Origin: Lama guanicoe
Taxonomy: Eukaryota
DNA: 64,000 nucleotides
Assembly: GCA_013239625.1 (NCBI GenBank)
Contig: MU054400.1
Span: forward strand, 1,471,146-1,535,145
Direction of reading: 5' to 3'
The position numbers were made by a program, and so were the translations under genes. Below, piece after piece: positions 11,540-22,946 of this stretch. A model generated the notes under the pieces. It had not been told where the DNA came from and did not search any database. It saw only the letters and a program-made list of their open reading frames with translations. Every line of letters starts with the position of its first letter. Within the stretch, counting starts at the first letter, position 1.

Positions 11540-12856
11540 CTGGGGGAGGAAGGAGAGGCAGGTCATGGGCTGGGGTCTTGGGCAGGGGCTTGGAGGGAGG
11601 AGGCAGGGCTGGGGAGGGCGGGGCTTGCCTTGGCAGAGCTCCTCTGCAGTCTCCGGATGATGCGGACCACCCAGGGCTGGTTTGGGGGTGCACAGAGCTG
11701 GCGACCTCTTAGCGTGGTGAACCTGGAGTCAGAGGTCAGAGGTCAGAGAAAAAAGCCCTGGAACCTAGCTTCCTGCCAGGCCCTGGTGTGAGGGGCAGTG
11801 GCCGGAGACCACATCTGGGAACCTGTATCTGGGGCTTTTTTGCAGGGGGTGGGCTTGGCAAGGAGAAAGATAATAGAGATAAGAAGGTAGGGGTGGGTTT
11901 CAGCAGGGGCTGATGGGGGGGATGAAGGGGACACGCTCCTCCCACCACTCACACCACGGCAGGAACCCGGCAGCCATCCTTGAGGAGCAGGTAGCGAAAG
12001 CCTTGCACCAGGTTCCCGGGGATGGGGCGCTGGGTCACAGACAGGCAGCAGTCTTCAGCGTCGTTGGCACCTCCCAGAGCTGGAGCAGGGTCAGGGAAAA
12101 GAAGGTAGTGTCAGGACACGGACCCTGAGGAGGGCAGGCCACAGCTCTAAGTAGGACTAAGGACACCTGTGTGTGTGTGTGTGTGTGTGTGTGGTGGCAA
12201 CTAGACCTGATTGTATTCAGCCAATGTGCACCAGTATGGCCCTGCTGGTGGCTAAATGTATGGAAGTATTTCTAAGCTGCTTGGCTGCCCTGAGCCCCAC
12301 AAAAGCCTTCCTGCTGCCCTGATCACCCTCACCTCTTTCCCAAGTCCTTTTAACTTCCCCACAAATGAAGAGTTAATGCTGGTCACAGTGTTGGTGGGGG
12401 GATGGGTGGGAGGTGGGGTTGCTGGAGGCTGGTGTTAGCAGAACTTAAAAATCGTTTAAGATTTTGTCTCTTAGCCCTGCTTCAGTGTCTCCCATTCTCT
12501 CCACCTTTAGCAAATATATACTGTTCTCTCCTTCTGCCTGGGAGACTGAGGCAGCAGGAAACAGAGCCTGCAGAGGGACAGGTAGTCTCAGGCCCTGGAT
12601 ACATCAAGAGACAGATGTGCTCAGGGGCCCAGGTCCAGGCACACTCACCGGCACACACACAGGGCACTGGAAACCTCCAGGTTCACTGAAACATGCAGCC
12701 CTAACCCAGAGTGTCCCTCACATCCAGCACCAGGCAGTCTGAGATGGACACAGCCCCGCAACCTTCCGCCACCCTAAGCCTCCCCTCAGCCTTACCAGAG
12801 GACGTCCAGAGGATCAGCAGGCTGAGGGCCAGCAGTGCGGCTGCATGGGATGCCAT
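11519..12856 (-). CDS. CCL19: C-C motif chemokine 19 (MIP-3beta/ELC), 4 coding exons, 100 aa
   Basis: Exons 12856-12796, 12079-11953, 11722-11629 and 11539-11519 splice in frame (303 nt) to MASHAAALLALSLLILWTSSALGGANDAEDCCLSVTQRPIPGNLVQGFRYLLLKDGCRVPAVVFTTLRGRQLCAPPNQPWVVRIIRRLQRSSAKAKGSSS*. It has a signal peptide, the DCCL motif and 4 Cys. Introns 1-2 are GT-AG and intron 3 is GC-AG. Confidence 0.97.
11629..11722 (-). CDS. CCL19: CCL19 coding exon 3
   Basis: FTTLRGRQLCAPPNQPWVVRIIRRLQRSSAK, non-canonical donor AAG|GCAAGC. Confidence 0.93.
11953..12079 (-). CDS. CCL19: CCL19 coding exon 2
   Basis: ccag acceptor, LGGANDAEDCCLSVTQRPIPG...GCRVPAVV, donor GTGAGT. Confidence 0.96.
12168..12192. 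repeat. (TG)n microsatellite in CCL19 intron 1
   Basis: Direct reading. Confidence 0.9.
12796..12856 (-). CDS. CCL19: CCL19 coding exon 1 (signal peptide)
   Basis: ATG at 12856, MASHAAALLALSLLILWTSS, donor GTAAGG. Confidence 0.93.
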
Positions 12857-13030
12857 GGAGGGTGAGCAGAGACGAACTGCCAGTGAGTGTGTGAGCGGGA
12901 GTGAGTCTGGGTGAGGGCAAGAGTCCGTGTGGAGCTGAGACTTGGCTGGGAGAGGGAGGGAGTGCTGGGATGTGGGGTGAGAGGGGTTTGGGCATGTGAG
13001 AGTGGAGGCTGGATGAGGCTGCCACTGCCT

Positions 13031-13102
13031 CTTATTTATGGCTCAGAACTTTCACTTTCTCTGCCGAGAAATTCCCCTCCAAGTCCGTTCCGTGGATTCC
13101 CC
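13031..13102 (-). promoter_or_regulatory. CCL19: CCL19 proximal promoter: TATA-like box, ISRE/IRF site, NF-kB sites
   Basis: On - strand: CATAAATAAG (13040-13031), GAAAGTGAAAGT (13059-13048), GGGGAATTTC (13077-13068), and a second kB-like GGGGAATCC (13102-13094). Confidence 0.75.
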
Positions 13103-14809
13103 TCTGGCCCCCTCTTTCTGACAGAACCTGACCCTGCCCTCCCTCTTCCCCTCTCTTCTGCTTCCCTTGGCTTCAGCTCTGAAAACCTAAGCACTCGGCA
13201 GTCTGGCCAAGAGAAGGGGACCCTGTGCTGTCGGCTCCAGGGAGAGTCTGCACTGTCACCTCACTGGTGACATTTGCACTGTCAACCACAGGGCGGGCCT
13301 CCAGAGGGGATGGTTAGGATGGAGGGGTCAGACTGAGGAGTGGCGCATCCTTCCCTCGGTTTATCCCTCATCCTCACTCTCTTCTCTGGTTCTTCTCTGG
13401 GGTGCTGCTGGTGGTGCAGAAGACTCTCTGGTGCCCTCAGAACAACTCTGAAGCCTGGGGTGGCCTCCCCAGGTCATTATGGTGCCTGCCCATGCATCAT
13501 CTGGGAACCAGTCTCTCCTGTGGGACAAGCAGAGTTGCAGGAATGTTCCTTGGAAGGAGGCCCAGCACCCCATCCCACATCTCAGGCCCCTGGGATTCAA
13601 CCTCCTGACTCAGCAAGCACTGTCTCTTTCTCTAGTTACCATTTTCATATGCCCAACACCTGGGTCAACACAACAGCTGGAGGGAGCCTGGCCTGGCATA
13701 GCCCCCTTCATCTTTCCTTTCCTCTCGATCCTGGGAACCAAGAGGGGATTTCTAAGGAGAGGGGCTGGCCAGCTCATATTCACACAAATCCCCGAATTTC
13801 AGAGAATTGATAGATGGGGTGGGGAGAGGAGTGATTTCTCATCCTTATGAGAAAGACCAGAGATGGACCAGAAGAGAAGGCCTCAAAAGGGAAATTAATA
13901 TGTGGGACATCCATTCAACCATCCTTACCTGAGCTCTGGGCCTTCTGTTGGATGGGGGCAATGCTTCCCTCATTAGTTTCTGACTTCCTGTTCTTTCCAT
14001 CTATTAATGACACTACTACTAATAGCAGTAATATTTCCGTGTATTTACTCTGTGTGAGGCTCTGTACCAAGGACAATTTACCCCTGTTACCTTGCTTAAC
14101 TTTCTCAACCAAACCAGGAGGTAGTTTTTATTATTATCATATCCCTATCTCTGTTTACACATAAGGAATGAGGCTCAGAGCACAAGATCACAAAGCAAAT
14201 ACGTGTCCTGGACCCAGGTGTCTTTACTCTAAAGTTACAGTCTTTACCACTATCCCACACTGCCGGTCTACCATTGATCACAGAGCAGCACAGGAAAGTG
14301 AGATTACAGATAGCTTGCCGAGGCTGCGATTCGGAGTCCATGCTTGCTAGCTGTGTGACCATGTGCAGATTATCCAGTTTCAGCTTAGTGTCCTTATCTG
14401 TAAAACAGGAATGGTAATAGATCTACTTCTTAGGATTAAATAAGGTAATGTGAGCAAAGCCCATTGTTTAGAGGGCTCAATATTAACCATTATTATTCTG
14501 TGCTTTTATTCAAATATCTCTCAGTTCATCCCTCTATCCATCTTTCCATTGACCCTTGTGCTTATGGTGGTTCTGATTATTTGTTGCCCTACCGCCCTCC
14601 ATTCTCCTCTCATCTCTGCCCTGCTCTGTTCTCTGGAAGGGTGATTTCTAGGGACAGTATTACTCAGGATCCCTTATCCTTTACCTTCTGTTTGGGTTTG
14701 GCCCATGGGAGGCAGCAGCAGATTAGTGGCAGGAGAGAGAGGTTGAGGCATTAATTCTCTGAATCCTTCCTCTTGCTATAGTTCTGACAGTGAGTGATTT
14801 ACTGTCCGG

Positions 14810-14960
14810 CACTTGTTCTTAAAGGGTGGTCTTTGGACAGCAGCATCAGCATCAGCATCACCTGGAGCTTGTTAGAAATGCAAATTCTGAGGTCCTACTC
14901 CAGACCTGCCGGAATAATTTGTCTTTTAACACATCCTCGGTGGCAGTGAGAACCACTGGG
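14810..14960 (+). mobile_element. MER5-like DNA transposon nested in the ERVL LTR
   Basis: cagcatcacctggagcttgttagaaatgcaaattct...gagaaccactg. Confidence 0.75.
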
Positions 14961-15609
14961 CTGCAGTTACAGATTCTTTTGGGTTGCCGCCTCTCCGTGG
15001 GTTTATCTCTAAGACTCCTGAAATACTGTCCCTTTTTCTGGCCCCTTCAGGCCTTGGTATGGTAATGGTTTCCCACTAAATGCTAAACGCTGAGTGCCTC
15101 ACCATTCTGTGTTGGTTCCACCTCTTAAATAGCCTCTTTATTAAAATCTTTCTGGTTAAACTTTTTTTGAGTTTGCCATCTGTTTCCGGCCAGGATCCTG
15201 ACTGATACAGTAAATGGTACCAGAAAAGATCCCAGGAAATAGTTTCTAAAATAGAATCCTAGGTTTGGGTTGCTCTATTTGCTGAGTGCATAGACAATCT
15301 CCTTGGGTGGGGAAAGGGGATGCTAGTAATCCGGAGCATGCAGAAGCATCACCATCACTTAAGACTATCATCAAGTGAGGTACAGGGTGGAATGCGGTTG
15401 GAGGGAATGACATTAGGAGAGAAAACGCCTGAGGCACTTAATTGTTATGGCCACAAATGGTGATTTCAAATGGCCATTTCGTATATTGTTGGGTCCACTG
15501 CCTGTTCCTGATTATGCTGGCAAAATTACATAAGAAAAAGAAAAGTTTAATACCATAAAATTTTAATTCAAGTTACGATGGAGATCCAGACCACCACTTT
15601 GGAATTCTT

Positions 15610-15902
15610 TTTTTTTTTTTACTTGAAGTAGAGTTGATTTACAATGTTGTATTAGTTTCTGGTGTACATCAAAGCGATTCACTTATATCTGTATATATGT
15701 ATGTATGTGTATATATATATATACACACACACATATATATTTTCTTTTTTAGATTCTTTTCCATCATAGGTTATTATAAGGTGTTGATTATAGTTCCCTG
15801 TGCTATACAGTAGGACTTTGTTTATCTATTTTATATACAGTAGTGTGTATCTGTTACCTGCAAGCTCCTAATTTATCCTCCCCTCCTAATTTATCCCCCT
15901 TT
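15610..15902 (-). mobile_element. L1 3'-end fragment with TSD
   Basis: Poly(T) plus gaagtagagttgatttacaatgttg; flanked by actttggaattctt / actatggaattctt. Confidence 0.85.
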
Positions 15903-16194
15903 ACTATGGAATTCTTAAGTAATCTTTATTTTATGTGGCCACATGGCAGATAGGGCTATAGATCAAGCCCAAGAGCTGATTGTATGTGTCGTAGAGTTGC
16001 AACACCAGGCAAATGAGCAAACTCTACTGTATTCCTAATACTAGAATAAGGGCACTGAGACTTGGGATGGGGACATTTAGGCAGAGATGAACAAAGCTGA
16101 GAATTTCAGTCCTTTAAGTTCCCTTAAACCTTCCTTGTTGGTAGAAGAACACTTTTCCCCCTGCAAACCATGAATGATCCAGCCTTCCATTAGA

Positions 16195-16615
16195 AAAAAT
16201 TTTTTTGATTTTTATTGAAGTATAGTTGATTTACAGTGTTGTATTAGTTTCAGGTGTACAGCATGGTGTGATTCAGTTATACATATACATACATATATAT
16301 TCTTTTTCAGATTCTTTTCCATTATAGATTATTACAAGATATTGAATATACTTCCCTGTGCTATATAGTAGGTCCTTGTTGTTTACCTATTTATATATAG
16401 TACTTTGTTTCTGCTAATCCCAAACTCCCAATTTATCCCTCCTCACCACCCCTTTACCTCACCACCCCCCATTGGTAACCATAGTTTGTTTTCTATGTCT
16501 GTGAGTCCATTTCTGGTTTGTAAATAAGTTCATTTGTATCATTTTTAAAGATTCCACATATAAGTGATATCATATGATATTTGCCTTTCTCTGACTTATT
16601 TCACTTAGTATGATA
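16195..16615 (-). mobile_element. L1 3'-end fragment
   Basis: ttttattgaagtatagttgatttacagtg...gattccacatataagtgatatcat. Confidence 0.85.
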
Positions 16616-17002
16616 AAAAATGTTTTTAATAGCTCTCTGGCAAAAGGCATGCCTATCCTCTTCAGGACCCACCCTGACCACTCCCCAGAGTCTCCATCCC
16701 CACACTGAGATTTTGATTCTAACATTGCCTAGACAGGAATGTACAAGGTAAGCTCTAAGAACAAAAGTGTATACACTGAAGGAGTTGCAGGTACCTGTCA
16801 GCTGTATTGGGAGAATCCTGTGGACCAGTGAGGAAGAATTGATTGATGTGGTTGCCTTTCCCCAGGATTTGGGTATTCCTGTATTAGCTGAGCACCTGGG
16901 AGTGGTGTTAATAATCTGTCGGAGTGGTTACTGGAAATCCAACTCAACAAGTGGCTTATGATCAATGGGGCTGAGGTGCTAGAACCTCACTGACATATCG
17001 TA

Positions 17003-17165
17003 GAGCAGCACTCCTCAAGCTTTGGTGTGCACGTGATCCATCAGGGGTCTTGTTAAACTGCAGATTCTGATTCAGTAGGTCCTGGTCAAATCCAAGCTGT
17101 GTCTCTAACAAACTTCTAAGTGATGCTGATGCTGCTGGTCCGCAGACTATACTTTGAGATGCAAA
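17003..17165 (-). mobile_element. MER5-like DNA transposon nested in ERVL
   Basis: ctgattcagtaggtc...tgatgctgatgctgctggtcc. Confidence 0.75.
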
Positions 17166-17770
17166 ACAAAGGAAGGTGGGCAAAGGTTAGGGAGATGGGA
17201 ATGTTGGAGGGCCCCTCTTATGTGCAACCACTAACTTCTGAAGGGCCCCGGAAGATAATTCCTTCTCCAAGGCAATAAGAAAAGCACTGGTGGTGGGAAC
17301 ACTAGCTTTGAAAAGCACTGTAGTGATTTCTTTAGTATGTAGGAGGTGTGAATGGAAGATGCTGTCTTGGGACTGGGCACTTTTATTTCAAGGAGAAAAT
17401 GGAATTTTTGAGAGGCAGAGTCCAGATGCTCACCTTATGAGCAATAAGATGAATGAAATTTCTCTATAAGCTGCAGGGACAAGTGGTAATCACTGTGCTT
17501 TGCCCATAAGGAGCTGTGGTGGTAGCTCACTGATCATAGGGTTCCTAGGAATGAAATAGAGGGACAACTTACTGGTGTGCTATTTAACCCATATAATTGG
17601 ACATTCTTAGGTCTGATTGGGAGAAACTTGATCCAAATTGTATTGGGGATTTACAGTCTTCTCCCCAGTTCCTTGACCTAAATCAGTTCCCCAGACCTGA
17701 ACCCCCTCGATTGGGTTGGGGGTAGGAAGGCCTGAGTCTTTTCACAGATGGAGTCTATAAATCTTTCTTC

Positions 17771-17966
17771 TAGTCAGTCGTTCTCAAAGTGCGGTCCCCG
17801 GGCCAGCAGCACCAGCATCACCTGGGAACTTGTCAGAAACGCAAATTCTTGGGCTCTGCCTCAACTCCACTGAATCAGGAACTCTGGGGGTGGCCTAGCA
17901 ACCTGTATTCGAACAAGCCTTTCTGGTGATTTTGATACATGCTAAAATTTGAGAATCAATGCTCTA
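17771..17966 (+). mobile_element. MER5A-like DNA transposon nested in ERVL
   Basis: cagtcgttctcaaagtgcggtcccc...tttgagaatcaatgctcta. Confidence 0.8.
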
Positions 17967-19811
17967 CGCCTTCCCTTGAGAGATATGTAGTCATTTGCCA
18001 GAGTGACTGTGAATGGGGAACAGAAAAAAATTAAGATCTTTGGGAGATTATTAGATACTGTCACATGTTAATACTAGTCTTGGGAACCCCAAACCCCATT
18101 GTGATCCACTAGTCAGAGCGAGGGTTTATGGAGGTCAGGTGATAGAAGGATCTTGGTCCAGGTCCATCTCACAGTGAGTCTGTAAGACCTACCTGATGGT
18201 TATTTCTCTAGTTTCAGAATGTATAGTGGGAATAAGCATACTTGGTAATTAGCAAAATCTCCACCTGGTTCCTTGACCATGGAGTGAGGAAAATTATGGT
18301 AGGGAGGGCCAAGCGGAAGTCCTTTGAACGGTGTCTGCCCTACCACATTCCCCACTACAATAGTAAACTTAAAACAGTGCTTTGTTGCTACAGAAGATGC
18401 ATAGATTAGAGCACCTGTAAAGTTGTAAAGATGCTTCAGCCCTTGGTACAGCGTATTACAGCTAATCATCTAGCCCATGCCTACTTTCTGTACCAGTCAC
18501 TTAAATACCATTGAAATCCATTCCTATTCCTATTCAACTGTCATGACAGAAACACACCTTCACTGTTTTACCTTGGGATATGTCAACTTTCCTGTTCTGA
18601 TCATCATAAGATAATCTTGTTATCCCACAGAATATCAGAGTGGCCCTTTAAACTGATGGCATTATGCTTCCGGGGGCAAAAGAAGTAGCAATCGCCCTAT
18701 GTGCCTTAGTAAGACCCAAGTATATCAGAGGGAGAGAAAGAAATCCTTCAAAAATTCAGGATCCTGCCACATGGGTGAAATTTTTAGGCTATTGGAGGTA
18801 GAGAGGAGCTTAAAAACAGTGGTCTGGGGAATGTTGCTCCTTCACCATGAAGAGGCACAACCCCTCAAAGACAGTTTGGATTTTGGAGGCAACATATATC
18901 ATATTTAGATGTAGTGCAGCAACATATTTATTGAATAAGGCATAAAGCTGATGATTCTGAATGAGGTCTGAGCAAGGAAGGGGTCTGAAACAGGTCTAAG
19001 TCCAGGGAAATTTGCCTGGCTACTTAAGCCTTATGACTCATAAACCCAGTGAAGTTGTGGCAGAGAAAGGCCGTTATAAGGAGCCCCAGGAAGAGGATTA
19101 GAGCAAAGACCCTTAGGGAGTTGGAGTAAGGCCATACCTCTGCTGCTTATGACTCTTTTCTATTTGAAAATCAGTTCCTGATTTGCCACTGGGCCCTGGT
19201 CTAAAACTCAGACTATAGATCACCCAGTGACAATGCCCCCTGGGGTGTTATCTATAGCAAATCATATAGTCGGACGTGCATGACAGCATTCCATTATCGA
19301 ACGAACATTGTACACTTGAGACCAGGCCTTAGAAGTTTCAGAAGGCATGGGTAAAAACAGGGGTGTGTGGCCCAGATTCCTACTTGTTTCGTTTTCTGCT
19401 TCTGCTTCTGCTTCTGATTACACTTATGCCTTCATGGAGAAGTTTTCTACAAACAGTTAAGAGAGAGAGAAAATGCATGGTCTTGATTTTCAGATGGGTT
19501 TCAAAGGTATGCTGGCATCAGTCAGGAGCAGAAGATTGCTCACATTCAGGGGTGGCCCTGAAAGACAATGGTGAAGGGAAGTGCTCTCAGTGGGCAGGAT
19601 TTTAGTCTATACATTTAATGTCCACTTTGGCAAGAAAGAGAGATGGCCTGAAGTTTGGAGCTATACTAACTCATGGGCAGTGGCTGCCCACAACAAACCT
19701 GCCCTCACCTCTGTAAATGGACCCTTCACTAAATTCTTTTTTGTTAAACCTTTTGGGTCATGCCACTTGTTCCCCACCAAGATCTTGAATGGTACAAGAG
19801 AATGTTTACAA

Positions 19812-20338
19812 TAGTCTAGACATGGAAGCAACATAAATGTCCATCAACAGATGAAGGGATAAAGAAGATACGGTATATTTATACAAGGGAATATTACTCA
19901 GCCATAAAAAGAATGAAATAATGCCATTCACAGCAACATGGATGGACCTAGAGATTATCATACTAAGTGAAGTAAATCAGACAAAGACAAATACCATATG
20001 ATATCATTTATATGCAGAATCTAAAAAAAACTATACACATGAACTTATCTATAAAACAGAAAGAGATTCATAGAAAACAAACTTACAGTTACTAAAGGCG
20101 GGGGGTGGGGAGGGATAAATTAGGAGTTTGGGATTACAAACAAACTACTATATACAGAATTTATAAACAAGATCCTACTGTATATATAGCACAGGGAACT
20201 AAATTCAGTACCTTGAAATAACCTATAATGAAAAAGAATATGATAAAGAATATATATATATATGTATAACTGAATCACTATGCTGTACACCAGAAACTAA
20301 CACAAAATTGTAAATCAAGTAAACATCAATTAAAAAAA
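19812..20338 (+). mobile_element. L1 3'-end fragment (ORF2 end and 3'UTR)
   Basis: catggaagcaacataaatgtccatcaacagatga...ctgtacaccagaaactaacac, A tail. Confidence 0.9.
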
Positions 20339-20484
20339 GTATTACAGTGCAGAGCTGGCATAGAGGTTTCAGTTAAATTTCAGTACTATCTTCCCGGAAT
20401 GCCTGTGGGGAAAGATCCTGAGAATCAGCAGCAAAGAGTGAAAAAAAAATGAAATAATAATAAACAAGGGATTATACCACTTTC

Positions 20485-21330
20485 ATTCAATAAATATTTA
20501 TGAGGGCTTCCTATGTTCCAGAAACTGTTCTTGGCACTGGCACACAGCAGTAAACAAAACAGACAGACAGTCCTACTCCTGTGAAGTTTTTATTCTAATG
20601 AAGGTGACAGGCAATAAGCAAACGAGAAAAAAAAAACAGTATGTCAGAGAGCAGTAAGCGCGATGAAGAAAAATAAAGAAGGCCAGAGGGATAGCGGGTA
20701 TTAGGGAGGGTGGTCACAGAAGAATTTTCTGATTACATTTGAGCAGAGATCTGATCTGAAGCAGGTGAGGGAGAGAGCCATGCAGAGATGTGGGGAAGAT
20801 GTTCCAGGAGAGAAAACAGCAAGTGTGAAAGTCTTGAGGCAACAGTGTGTTGGAGGAATAGAAAGGAGGCCAATGTTATAGGAGGAAATTGAGCAAAGAG
20901 TACAATGGTAGGAGATACAGTCAGGTAATAACATGGGTCATATAGTGTAGGGCTTTGTAGGCTGTTGCAGGGTTTAAGTTCTACTCTCAGTGAGATGAGT
21001 TTTGAACAGTGACATAATCTCACATGTTTTAAAGGCTCCCCCTGGCTGTTGGATGGAGGATCGACCAAAGTGGTATAGAAGCCTGGAGGCGGGATTGAAG
21101 GCAACTGCAACAATCCAGGGAGGACAGGAGATTGCTGGGAGTCGTTGAGAAGTGGTCAGATTCTGGAAATACTTTGAAGGTAGAGCCAATGGGCTCTGCT
21201 CTCAGAGTTCAGCAAAGTATATAAGAGAAAGAAGAGAAAGAGACAGAGAAAATATGGCAACGTTTCTGGCTTAAGCAATGTGATGGTTGGAGTTACATCT
21301 ACCCAGATGTAGAGGACTGCAGAGGAGTGG
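20485..21330 (-). mobile_element. L2 LINE 3' fragment
   Basis: cattcaataaatatttatgag... typical L2 end, plus gtggtcagattctggaaatactttgaaggtagagccaa. Confidence 0.75.
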
Positions 21331-21979
21331 GTTTGTGGGAAGGCCTAGCACGGTGGTCATCCAGCCCAGATCTCAGGCCCCGGGCCCCATGGGTGGAAGA
21401 TTTAAGGCAACAACTCCCAAGCCTTTGGTTTAGATGGTCCACTGGAGGGGGGAGTGGGGGGAGGTTGGAGACCAGGGAGGTGGGTAGGTCTGTAACAGTT
21501 TCTGACCAGGCACATAGAGCCCTCAGTGTGCTATATGCTTCACCTAGTTCACCCTCTTCTCAGCCAAGTGGGTTCCTGGTTCAGTGTGAACTCTGGACAA
21601 ATCTCCCAGCTCAGGGCAGTTCAACCCAGCCTGGCACCACACTCTTCCGAGAAGCCCGCGCAGCTTTCATGCTCCCTGGTCTGATCAAATCCATGCCTCA
21701 GGGGTCGCAGATCTTGGATAGAGGGCATTTTAGCCATTGGGGCAGGGAAGAGAGCAGCTGGGCCTGGGAAGGCAACCAAGGCCAGGTAGAGGTGGGAGTA
21801 CAGAGGGGTAAAGGGTTGTGGGGAGAGGATCTAGATTAGATACTTAGTAAATGTCTGTTGAATGTATGAATGTGCGTCTCCCGAGCTGTGTCCATGGGAC
21901 TGAGCGTGACTGTTGTGCCTGTCATCCATGTGTGTGAGCTGTCTGTGGCTGTGTCTACGTCTGTGTGCCTGACTGATGT

Positions 21980-22430
21980 ACCTCCCCTCCCTGGCCTGCA
22001 GAGGGCGCCCCTGGCCGGGAAGGAAGCTCTAGAGGGGGCGCGGCTCTGGCGGAGGGGCAGGGGTACGCTGGCGAGCGAGGGGGTGCTTTAGCAAGGATGG
22101 AGCGCGGCCCGGACCGGGCGGGCTCCCCAGAGAGGCTGGGAAGGGCGTTGGGCCCAAAGTCCGTGGGCCTGGCATTGCCCCTCGTGCTCTTCGCTGCTCC
22201 AGGCCCCCGCTGGTCCCGTGGCCGAGGGTCCCGCCCCGGGTCCCGGCGCGCGGGCGGAACGTGCGGAGTAGAGGCTCGGGCTGTGGGTGGGACCCGCAAC
22301 CCCGCGGACCTGGGGTCAGCGTGGGCCCAGGAGCCCCCGGGCGGCGGTTACCCGGGCCAGGCTCAGCGGCCGTCCCGCCAGATTTCCGCCCCTCGGGCCT
22401 CGAACCCGCGGGTACTCGGGTTGTGACGGT
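21980..22430. promoter_or_regulatory. CpG island with no adjacent annotatable coding exon, CpG-rich shoulder to about 23045
   Basis: Very GC-rich with dense CG dinucleotides against CpG-depleted flanks. Confidence 0.8.
21992..22010 (+). promoter_or_regulatory. CTCF-like motif
   Basis: TGGCCTGCAGAGGGCGCCC, one mismatch to core CCASYAGRKGGCRS. Confidence 0.6.
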
Positions 22431-22928
22431 GTTTGTGAGTATTTGTCTCCCCAACCCCAGATATTCCCAGCTTATCCTGAGTCCAAGCCACCCAATGTGG
22501 AAGATATGAAATAATGTTTATATTAAAGGCCAAAGTACATTCACATTACCTCTGGGACTTCCTTCGCGGCATGAATACCCGCACTCGGGTTAAACTTCGT
22601 AATTACGGTGCTAACTCTGAAAATGGGTTCTTTAACGGAGGTTTATTGAAAGCCTAACTGTGTGCTCGGGGCGTTGCTTGGTGCCTGAGGATGAAGTGCT
22701 TTCACCTGGTTAAGGACGGAAAGCGAGTTTGGCCTGCTCATCAGTGGACGCAGGAAAATGACAGACCTCTGGCCTAGCATGAAACACATTTGAGGACAAA
22801 TAATAAAGATTAAAAAAAAAAAAAAAGAAAAAAAAAAACTGACCCCAGAAAGATGAAGGAAATGAGAACAGCAGTATTCAACCCACAAACTTGTTTGCCT
22901 TTGGAGAACCGAGGACCGCCGCGACGAT

Positions 22929-22946
22929 GCTGCCTCCTGGTGGCGG
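22929..22946 (-). promoter_or_regulatory. CTCF-like motif
   Basis: Minus strand reads CCGCCACCAGGAGGCAGC, one mismatch to the core. Confidence 0.6.

Larger units (their letters stand above)
14565..19796 (+). mobile_element. Decayed ERVL (class III) provirus: 5' LTR, gag/pol remnants, 3' LTR remnant
   Basis: The LTR ends ...gatcctgactgataca (15209), followed by PBS-like aatggtaccag. Protease-like GRLLDT at about 18042 and VYGGQVI. RNase H-like LKDNGEGKCSQWA and YTNSWAVA (19555-19685). Sequence at 19690-19796 resembles the end of the 5' LTR. Confidence 0.75.

Noticed and set aside
21955..22514. Several overlapping ORFs over the CpG island
   Set aside because: High GC suppresses stop codons; the translations are Pro/Gly/Arg-rich with no homology.
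22802..22838. AATAAA plus A-run suggesting a retrocopy end
   Set aside because: The signal is only 4 nt from the run, and I found no TSD or recognisable parent; probably an A-tract expansion.
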